From the NCBI GenBank assembly GCA_964019335.1, contig OZ025693.1, forward strand, positions 477,486 through 541,485: a stretch of DNA of 64,000 nucleotides. Reading direction: 5' to 3'. Positions 1-9,194 of this stretch are shown in pieces. Positions within the stretch are counted from its first letter, which is position 1. Each line of letters starts with the position of its first letter. Position numbers and translations under genes: made by a program. The notes under the pieces are model-generated. The model was not told the origin of the DNA. It ran no database searches and was given only the letters and a program-made list of their open reading frames with translations. Source of the stretch: Diplonema japonicum (taxonomy: Eukaryota; Protista; Euglenozoa: Diplonemea).

Positions 1-647
1 GAGGGCAGCAGTTGATTAGCGATGCTCTGGATGTGTCCTGGTGTGGTGCTCTCGATGACCTTCTGCAGGTCCAGACACCCCGACTTCACCCTTGCCGCGT
101 TCTTCAAGGAACCGTATTTCTTAACAAGCTCAGATGTGGTGACCTCGGCAGGCGTGAGCACAGGCGGGCTGTCCACGTCGTGCTGCGCCATCAGCTGCTT
201 CTCAACGTTCTCGACGAGAGCCCTTGCCTTGTTCTTGTAGGTCTGGTTGATGATCTTCACGTGGTCCAGCTGACGCTTCAAGACGCTCACCTCGCTTCTG
301 AGGCTGCCTAGCTCGCTGACCCTTGGGAAGGGGTCGCTGTTCTGCCTCACGAGGGGCTTCTCGTCTCCGTCGCACTGGAAATGGACCTGCCCGCTCTGCA
401 CACCGCTGTGCTCTGCCTGGCTCTTCACCTCCATCTGCGACAGCGGTTCACCTGCCAGCAGAAGGCGGCTTCCTTCAGGCACCTGGTCGAAACGGAGGTC
501 ATCGTCATCATCATCGTCATCGTCGAAGCTATGCATAGGCAGCAGCGCTTCCTTCGGGAAAGGAAGCCATGTGCTGTCTACAGCATCAAACCCCAAGTCG
601 GACCTGATCATCTCTTCGATCTCAAGGATCTTAGCGTCGCCTTCCAT
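1..647 (-). CDS. Pumilio/PUF-family RNA-binding protein, 5' part (continues off the left edge of the window)
   Basis: Absent from the ORF track because it has no stop in the window. Manual translation from ATG 647: MEGDAKILEIEEMIRSD...DDDDDDDD...coiled-coil-like segment...GSLKNAARVKSGCLDLQKVIESTTPGHIQSIANQLLP. The last segment resembles a PUF repeat (G.l..la.d..GC..lQk.le...p.....i...l). GC3-rich codons; ACAG sites lie upstream of the ATG. Confidence 0.7.
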   Translation of the reverse strand, partial: MEGDAKILEIEEMIRSDLGFDAVDSTWLPFPKEALLPMHSFDDDDDDDDDLRFDQVPEGSRLLLAGEPLSQMEVKSQAEHSGVQSGQVHFQCDGDEKPLVRQNSDPFPRVSELGSLRSEVSVLKRQLDHVKIINQTYKNKARALVENVEKQLMAQHDVDSPPVLTPAEVTTSELVKKYGSLKNAARVKSGCLDLQKVIESTTPGHIQSIANQLLP

Positions 648-1016
648 TTTGATATGTCTGTCCTTGTATTCTGTGGTACTGGTGAAGGGAGCAGGATAAT
701 ACAAAACAAACAAACAAGCAAACAAACAGTAGCATGGTTTTTTTTTTGGGGGGGGAGAACAAGAGTTGTTAAAGGGTTTCTTCAAAAAAAGCACGAAGAA
801 TAAAAGAGAAACTTGATAATTTATGTACAAGACAAAGGAAGCTAGTGTCGGTGGCGCCCCTGTACAACTTGATTACAGGGGGCGCCAGATGAATGAGATG
901 CAACTTCAGGTACTGAGATTCTGAGCTTTGGTAATACGTTCTTCTGCCTTTGATCGATTGTTAAATAGATTCTGAGCTTGTGCTGCCTTGTTTAAAAAAA
1001 AGGTTTATCCCTCAAG

Positions 1017-1176
1017 AATCTTTTTTGTTTGATATTCTACGGGTGAATTTGACATAGGGATAGCTAAAACCTAGCAAAAGAAAAAAGGTAAAATCACCCT
1101 TAAATCGATCCCCTAGAAATAGGGGTCCGAACCATGGTTTCCTAATCAAAAAATTTTTTTACTTCACCCTTTGTCA
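1017..1176 (+). repeat. ~155-bp dispersed direct repeat, copy 1 (copy 2 at ~6801-6971)
   Basis: Both loci share gggtgaa.ttgacatagg..tagctaaaaccta...aaatcacccttaaa...tcgatccc...atggtttcc...acttcaccctttgtca. Confidence 0.85.
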
Positions 1177-1243
1177 TTTGCTTCATGCTGCTTGCCAATT
1201 TATCTGTTGCATACAACAACAGTGTTGTTATGAGAAATTTACT

Positions 1244-1294
1244 GCGGGAAACGCGGGAAACGTGGGAAATGCGGGAAACGCGGGAAATGCGGGA
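1244..1294 (+). repeat. 9-bp tandem repeat (GCGGGAAAC), ~6 copies
   Basis: gcgggaaac gcgggaaac gtgggaaat gcgggaaac gcgggaaat gcggga; the variant bases are C>T at CpG. Confidence 0.9.
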
Positions 1295-1454
1295 TAAAAA
1301 AAAATTTTTTTTTTGGGACCACCCACCCACATAGCAGCCTCAAAATGGACTTTTTTCACTTTTTTTGGCAAAAAAAGATGTCTTTGAAGGGAACCTGCAG
1401 TATGTGACAGGATCGCCTAACGACAATCAACTCATCTAGTGTTTGATCCCTTCT

Positions 1455-1527
1455 GTCGTGGTAGTGCCTTAGGCCCGTCGTGGTAGTGCCTTAGGCCCGC
1501 CGTGGTAGTGCCTTAGGCCCGTCGTAG
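1455..1527 (+). repeat. 22-bp tandem repeat, 3 copies plus a partial
   Basis: gtcgtggtagtgccttaggccc at 1455, 1477 and 1499 (one C variant), partial at 1521. Confidence 0.95.
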
Positions 1528-2253
1528 TATCTCATCAGCAGCTTGGGCGTGAAACCGACTAGCGAGTTGTTGAGGATGCAATGAGTTCGCAGTTGCTCCT
1601 CTAGGATCGGGTGGGTTGCCTTTGGGGACGCGAAGACTGGACGAGTGGAGTATCCAATGATGGAATGGCTGTGGAGCCCCAGGGTACGCAGTGAGTGTAC
1701 TGACTTCTTAGTTCTGCTGGAATCAGGTGTTCCCACTTCCTGTTCTGTGTGCCCTGTCCAGGCAGTGTTGGTCAGTCCCGTCCCGTCCCCTAAAACGGAA
1801 TACGGGCCTGGACGGGACTCACGGGACGGGACTCACGGGACTCTCTATTTTTGATAGTTTTGCAACTTTTTTTTTTTTTTTTTTTTTTTTCCCTTTGGAA
1901 AAAAAAAAAAAAAATGGGGAAAAAAAAAAGAGAAAAAAATCCTTGATTTTTTTTGACATACATGATGTGTTTACTTTTTTTTTTTTCCCCTTCTTTTTTT
2001 CTTGTCTTCTCACATTTTTTCACACACCTAAGCCAAGCTGTTGTTTCTGCTTTCCACATCAAATGTTGTATTTGGATGTAATAGAAAAGGGGGGAAATAA
2101 TAAATAATATGTATAAGAGGAGGGTGTGTATGTTTATACAACCTGTGTAAACAGATCGGTTCCTTGCTTTCAGCGCCGTGCCCCTGATGTGTGCGATGTA
2201 CAGCTCAACCCCTGCATCGCACTGCCTGTTTGTTGCACATATTTTCATGTTAT

Positions 2254-2719
2254 CCCCCCCCCCACCTGAAAATAATATATAGGAGATAAATATATGAGTT
2301 AAAGGAGGCTGGTGTTGGCAGCACCCTGCACAAGAACTGTCTACTTGATTACAGGGGGCGCACCGCAGCCGAGTTGTAGCTTCTTCTGCGTTCTGCATCG
2401 TTTCCTTAATCACCGTGGCCGGGATGTAGCTTCTTCTGCGTTCCACATCATGCCCTTAATCACTGCAGCCAGGTTGTAACTTCTTGCATTCCGTGTCATT
2501 TCCTTAACCACCACAGCCGGGTTGTAGCTTCTTCTGCATTCTGCATCGTGTCCTTAATCACCACAACCGAGTTGTAGCTTTTTGTGTTCCGTGTCATTTC
2601 CTTAATCACGATGGCCGGATGGCTGGGTTGTAGCTTCTTCTGCGTTCTGTGTCGTGTCCTTAATGTGTGTGGTGTTCAGCTCAACCCCAGCCAGGGTGTC
2701 CTGGGTAACCAAGATTCTG
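2254..2719 (-). repeat. Left arm of a ~465-bp inverted repeat, containing a ~50-bp minisatellite (~6 units)
   Basis: Reverse complement matches 5578-6042 apart from 7 substitutions and a G-run length difference. Internal unit is approximately gtgattaagga(c/a)a.ga.gc.gaa.gcagaagaagctacaacccggctg. Confidence 0.95.
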
Positions 2720-3175
2720 TGCTCATGTGGTTTGCTCAGTGATGACTGATGAGGAGGTCAACAGTGAACAACACATCCGATGTTTTTCTTATATTTTCAT
2801 GTTATCCCCACCACCTGAAAAAGAAGATAAAAGTTTTTTTTTTTTTTTTTTTTTTTTCCTACCAACAGTCAGCACCCCCATGCACACTGAAATTTTATTT
2901 TTTTTCTTTTTTTTTTTTTTTTGTATATTGTGCACCAGGAGGTGCACATTGTGACACCTGCTTTTCCCTGTGCAGCATAGTGGTACATGTTATAAAACAC
3001 GTGCCGTGTTGTGCACCCTGTGTTGCATACATCATGTAGAACATCAGGTATGCGAAATATGGTGTAAAATATGTCACAACACACCACATGGTGTGGTCGA
3101 AAATTTGCGGTGTTGGGGTGGTTTGTGGGCCAGACCCTCAGACCACCAGTCTGGCCAACACTGCCCATCCCTTTT

Positions 3176-3220
<45 letters not shown>

Positions 3221-3286
3221 ATTGTACTTTTCTTGCAAAGGCCTCTTTTTAATATTTTTTTCAAAGCAGGTCTCCAAACCCCCTGA

Positions 3287-3334
<48 letters not shown>

Positions 3335-3776
3335 TAGCCACAACAAGGTAGTATGAGCCTTGCCTCACATCCCACCGAAACCTAGGACCTCTTATTTTGA
3401 ACTTTTGAAACCAAAAGTACCAAAAAAATGCAAGCCCCAGCCTAAATTTGGGTCTTTGTGACACAAAAAACACAAAGAATTTTTTTGGTCCCAAGAGTCC
3501 CCTGAGTCCCCTCCAGACCCCTGAAAATTTCAGGGGACTCCTGTCCTGTCCCTTGGAGTCCCCTGAGTCCCTCAAGGGTCTGGACCAACACTGCCCATGC
3601 TTGTGATACCAAATGAGGGGTTTTGGTTCTAATAGGTTTCCCGGTTGGAATGGTCTTTTCCAGAAGTGTAGATTATCATATCTGACCTGCTTCTCAGCAT
3701 GCAGGCTCTTGAGTTTCCCCACAATTTCCACAAACATCAGGTGTAGTTCTTGACACTTGTCAGGCTTATGTCCATA

Positions 3777-4050
3777 TCAGAGGTAATAATACTGTGTAGA
3801 TGGGTGCAGCTTGGCCAGCTGACATGGTCTTGCACCAGCCGAATGTGGTCTGCAGTCAGCATACACTGGGCATTGCCAGATCATATACTGTAGTAGGGAG
3901 CTGGTCCTGTTCCCAATGTTATATGGTGTGCCACACCCCAGGCATTTCGTATGTGAGCTGTTCATGTCACTGTAAGCTCTGGGGTGTAGGGGAAGTATTG
4001 TGCCCACAATGGCACAAAGTATCCTCCTTGCTTTCTGTCATCACCTTGTT
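3777..4050 (-). mobile_element. Degenerate non-LTR retrotransposon C-terminal zinc-finger fragment
   Basis: Translation RRILCAIVGTILPLH...KCLGCG...LQYMIWQCPVYADCR resembles the CxxC...HxxWxCPxY..R motif of LINE ORF2 C-termini. Upstream TGA TGA can be explained as decayed CGA codons. Confidence 0.5.
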
Positions 4051-5577
4051 GTGGCAGTGTTGTTACAGGAAAAAACCCAGGGGGTGGGGGGGTGGGGGAG
4101 CTGGGGGGGTGAGGGGGCAAAAAAAATTTTTTTTTCTAGGGACCCTCACACATTTAGCACCCTCAAAACAGACTTTTTTGGAAATTTTTGGCCAAAAAAA
4201 AAAATTTTTTTTTCCCAGCCCCAAACTTGGGGTCACTTTGGCCATTTTTGACCCCAAAATTTTTTTTCTGGAAAAAGCCAGAAATCATGAAATTTATATT
4301 AAAAACACCTTAAAAACCCATTTCTGCAAACCAAAAAGTTCAGAAAGGTGTTTAGGTGGAATACACATCTCTAAACTATATTCTGAAGTAAAAAGTAAGT
4401 AAAAATCCGAAAATCTCAGGGGGGCAACTCATCCTCATGACAACACTGGGCAAAAAATATTTTTTTTTTGAACACCCAATTTTGTCCCAAAAAGGAATTC
4501 TGAACAGCCAATGGAAAGTTTTGACCCCACTTAGACTGAAAATTTTTCTTCAAAAATCACTTTAGGAATTTTCCTTAGAATCTAAATGGCCACCTGAAAA
4601 TCACAAAATCAAGCTTCATTTTAGAATGGTATTTTTGGAATTTTGGCCTAATTTTGGGTGATGATAAGCAAAATTCCTTGAAGTAGGTTTCCCAGCTGTG
4701 GTTACCTAATCAATTTTTTTTTTCCTTCAAGGAATCAACTTTCTTCCAAAAATTTAAGATTCATATCATTCTAGCACCTTGTAACTCACTTTTCAGGAAA
4801 CACACATTTTCACACATTTGAATTTATTCTTTAGTTTTTTCTGAACCTATTTAATTTTTAAACCTAATAAAGAAAGAGTAAATCCTCCTATTCAAAACTT
4901 TTTAGTCCTAGTGTTGCCAAAATGGGTTGAAAATTAAAGTACCCAGCTGTGGTTACTTAATCAAAAAAGAATTTAATAGCCCATTTAACCTGTGTATTCA
5001 AACCTTTTACCCTTACTTGTTGGTTTTTTTTGTGGAATTTATTTCATTCTTTTGGTTCCTTGCCCAGTGATAGCAGTTGGTCTTTCCTCTTGGCTGCAAT
5101 CTCCTTCACCTCCAGTGCCTTGCCAACAATAACAGTGTCAGTGGTGGCACCTTCTTCACCTCAATCCTGGGACCTTTCAACCCCAATATTGCCCCATTCC
5201 ACCCAAGGTAGGCTATCAGGTAGTCTTTTCTGACAGATTTGCTGGTGCTATTGGGGTGTCTTGTTGGGTTAGGTTATTTTTTAAAACAACCTGCCAATAA
5301 AGTACAGTAAAAACAGGGGGGGTGTAAATACAAAGAATGAGAAGGGTAAGTCATAAGGAGAGAAAACCAACAGATAGACCATTACTAGGCCTGAGAAAGG
5401 TACCCTTATGGAAAAAAATCAATTTTTCTGAGGTAAAAAACCACTTTTCAGGGTTTTTGACCACTTGTTCATGTGAAAAAAAAATTTTCCAGACTGGCTT
5501 TTAACTCATATATATATCATTCCAAGTTCCAACTTTCAGTTGGCAGAAGGGAATGGAACAACCCAATCCTGCACAAG

Positions 5578-6042
5578 CAGAATCTTGGTTACCCAGGACA
5601 CCCTGGCTGGGGTTGAGCTGAACACCACACACATTAAGGACACGACACAGAATGCAGAAGAAGCTACAACCCAGCCATCCGGCCATCGTGATTAAGGAAA
5701 TGACACGGAACACAAAAAGCTACAACTCGGTTGTGGTGATTAAGGACACGATGCAGAATGCAGAAGAAGCTACAACCCGGCTGTGGTGGTTAAGGAAATG
5801 ACACGGAATGCAAGAAGTTACAACCTGGCTGCAGTGATTAAGGGCATGATGTGGAACGCAGAAGAAGCTACATCCCAGCCACAGTGATTAAGGAAACAAT
5901 GCAGAATGCAGAAGAAGCTACAACTCGGCTGCAGTGTGCCCCCTGTAATCAAGTAGACAGTTCTTGTGCAGGGTGCTGCCAACACCAGCCTCCTTTAACT
6001 CATATATTTATCTCCTATATATTATTTTCAGGTGGGGGGGGG
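5578..6042 (+). repeat. Right arm of the ~465-bp inverted repeat
   Basis: Matches 2254-2719 in reverse complement; the spurious ORFs 1790..2446(-) and 5851..6315(+) start with near-identical peptides. Confidence 0.95.
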
Positions 6043-6344
6043 AATCAGCTGTGGTGTACCCCCTGTAATGGTATGAAGAAGAAGAAAAAGAAAAAAGAAG
6101 AAGAAAAAAAAAAAAAATCATTGTCCAAAAATTTGAAAAAAAAGTGTTTGCAGGTGTGTCAAAAATTGCAGAAAATTTTTGAGTCCAGTCAGTCCAGCCA
6201 ATCCGGTCAGTCTGGTCAGTCTGGTAAAATGGGTACACCAGACCAGACTGGATTCACCCATCACTGCTATATCACCACAACACTGACAGCACAATATTCC
6301 ATGTTGTGTCCTTAATGTGTGCAGTGTGCAGCTCAACACCAGAG

Positions 6345-6620
6345 CATCTGCAATACATTCCTCCACTACCAAAAGTTGTACAAGAAGATGAATCCCTCTA
6401 GCAGGGCATCTGGTAAGTGGGTGAGTTTGCAGAGCCTGGGAGCCATTGATCCCAGTGCATTCCTGTTTCTCCTTCTTACTCAGCACTCTCCACAGGTCTT
6501 CTAGCATGATCACAGAGTTGAACATAGGGTGGTGGGTGATCTGTGACCCAAAAGTTTCCTCAAAAGAATCAAAACTCGGCTCAGGGAGGTCTTTGTATTT
6601 GTGGAAGATGTGGAACACCC
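6345..6620 (-). mobile_element. Degenerate non-LTR retrotransposon fragment (region just upstream of the RT core, 'domain 0')
   Basis: IMLEDLWRVLSKKEKQECTGING, then a frameshift, then LTHLPDALLEGFIFLYNFW*. Restoring CpGs gives ITLEDLRRVL...CTGIDG, matching the LINE pattern IT.EE....L.......pG.DG.....L..LP...L..L..LfN. Confidence 0.55.
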
Positions 6621-7299
6621 TCAAAATAGAGATTTTTTATTTTTTTGGAAAAAAAATTTTTATTCCCTCTGGTAGAGCCCTTACCAAGGCTGATTTTACT
6701 GTTTTTTTACCCAAATCCCCCTTAATAAATTGGCCAAAAACTATGAAAAATAGGTAGATTTGACCTTTTTAACCCAATTCTGCAGTGTAAAAAATCCAGA
6801 AAATCTTTTTTGTGACATTCTATGGGTGAAATTGACATAGGAGTAGCTAAAACCTAAAACCTAGAAAAAAAAAGGGGGGTAAAAATCACCCTTAAAAGAA
6901 GTCGATCCCTAGGGGTCCTAGCTATGGTTTCCAAATCGAATTTTTTTTTTTTTTTACTTCACCCTTTGTCACCTACCCAACCCCTTCATCTTTTTTTGGA
7001 GATGGTGTATTTTGACTGTTTTTAGCCATCTGAGGCCATTCCAGACCTTAAAAGTGGGAATAAGTGATTTACTTCCCTTAAAATGCCACACCACAACAAC
7101 TCGGCTGAGGCCCTGTAATCAGGTGGGCAGTACTTGTGCAGGGTGCCACCAACACTGGGAAAAAAGCTGCCAGCACTGGCCTCCTTTATCTCCGATATAT
7201 TATTTTCAGGTGGTGGGAATAACAAAAAAAAAATATAAGAAGTATATCAGATGTGTTGTTTGCTGTTGACCTCCACATCTGTCATCACCAGTATGTGCA

Positions 7300-8100
7300 C
7301 CAGCGTTGGGCCAGACTGGTCTGGAACCTGGTAGAAAAAACGACCGGTCTGAGGGGTCTGGCCAGTCCACCCCACAAACCACCCAAACACCGCGAATTTT
7401 CGAGGTGGTGTGTTGTGACATATTTTACACCATGTATGGCATACCTGATGTTGCACACAATGTATGCAACACAGGGTGCACAACACGGCACGTGTTTTAT
7501 AACATGTACCACTATGCTGCACAGGGAAAAGCGGGCATCACAACGTGCACCCTCTGGCGCACAATAATAATGATAAAAAAAACCTCTAAAAATTATTTTC
7601 AGGTGGTGGGGATAACATGGAAATAAGAAGTACATCAGATGTGTTGTTCGCTGTTGATCTCCTTGTCAGTCATCGCCTGTAGTGCCCAAGTGGGAGAACA
7701 TAACGCAGATACTCAGGGTAATGAACTGGCAGCATGGGGTTGAGCTGTACACCACACACATTAAGGACACAACACGGAACGCAGAAGAAGCTACAACCCG
7801 GCCGCAGTGATTAAGGAAATGATGCAGAATGCAAGAAGCTACAACCCGGCTGTGGTGATTAAGGACACGACACGGAATGCAGAAGAAGCAACAACTCGGC
7901 TGCGGTGATTAAGGACGTGACGCAGAACGCAGAAGAAGTTACAACCCGGCTATGGTGATTAAGGAAATGACACGGAATGCAGAAGAAGCTACAACCCGGC
8001 TGTGGTGCACCCCCTGTAATCAAGTAGACAGTTCGTGTGCAGAGCGCCACCAACACCAGCCTCCTTTAACTCTTATAGGTGGTGGGGATAACATGGAAAT
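7300..8100 (+). mobile_element. Modular non-autonomous repeat element; more diverged inverted relative of ~2230-3165, with partial copies at ~7080-7295 and ~8080-8830
   Basis: Same module order as the reverse complement of 2230-3165: tgttgtgacatattttacacc...cacagggaaaagc, then caggtggtggggataacatg...gatgtgttgttc.ctgttga, then the 50-bp array, then ccccctgtaatcaagtagacag. No coding capacity. Confidence 0.7.
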
Positions 8101-9194
8101 ATAAGAAGTACATCAGATGTGTTGTTCGCTGTTGACCTCCTCGTCAGTCATCACCAGTAGTGCCCAAGTGGGAGAACATAATGCAGATGCTCAGGGTGAT
8201 GAATTGGCAGCAAACTGCATGAGCGCAGAATGTTGGTTACCCCAGATTGCTCCGGCTGGGGTTAAGCTGCACACTGCACACATTAAGGACACAATGCAGA
8301 ACACAGAAGAAGCTACAACTTGGCTGTAGTCCCCCCCTGTATGAAGTAAACAGTTCTTGTGTGGGCTGCAGTGCCCCCCCCTGTATGAAGTAAACAGTTC
8401 TTGTGTGGGTGCCACCAACACGACAAACAGGCATTTTCCTCCATCCACTTGGCTGGTCATCACCTGTAGCACCCTGAGTGGAAGAACAAATTGCAGATGC
8501 TCAGGGTGAGTAAACTACTTAGGGCACCAGCAGTTCCGCCAAGTTCCGGTTCCGCCGTTCTGCCAAGTTCCGACTTTTCAGTTTGGCGGAAGGGAACGGA
8601 ACGACCCACCCCTGCCCAGAGCACTGGCTAGGGTTGAGCTGCACACTGCATGCATTAAGGACACAACGTGGAACGCAAACGCGGCCGAGGTGCACCCTGT
8701 CACTGGTCTCCTTTACCTCTTTTATTATTGGGTGGTGGGGATAACACAGAAATATGGAAATATAAAGAAGTACATCAGATGTGTTGTTCGCTGTTGACCT
8801 CCACGTGAGGAGGTCTCATCGCCAGTGAGAATGTCCCCTTGGGCACTCCTGAACTCGTCTGAATCAGTACTGCTCATATTCACTTTTGTGCTTGCATTAA
8901 TCTAGGGGCCAAGTGATTTCGGCGCGAAAAGAATCGCGGAACTATGTTATTCTGTGCAAGGGCATGGGTGTATGGTGGACTTAAAATGCCTGCAAAAAAT
9001 TTAATTTTTTGATTGCTAGATATCTAGTGTATCGTCCTTTGATCATTTGTTGACATTCTTTTCCCGGACGGACTCATATGCTTATCCCTCTTGATGATCA
9101 TCCAGGCTTGAATCTGTTCATCCCCTCTTATTCGTATTTTCATCATGTTTGTTCTATTATGTTTCAACCTACTACCTTCCACAGGTCCAACACA

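Larger units (their letters stand above)
648..9194. other. Divergent strand-switch intergenic region, repeat-rich
   Basis: Lies between a minus-strand gene start (647) and a plus-strand gene run (9195 onward). No credible intact CDS; long poly-T/A runs and several repeat modules. Confidence 0.75.

Noticed and set aside
2365-2665. CRISPR-like appearance of the ~50-bp repeats (also the 22-bp repeat at 1455)
   Set aside because: Units are contiguous degenerate tandem copies without unique spacers, there are no cas genes, and the context is eukaryotic.
1727-8472. Many short poly-K/poly-F or Cys-rich ORFs
   Set aside because: They arise from homopolymer runs and non-coding repeat modules.
9078-9194. 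Longer N-terminus for the 993-aa ORF
   Set aside because: The extension lies in the T-rich tract upstream of the likely acceptor (acag 9181-9184); ATG 9195 is preferred.
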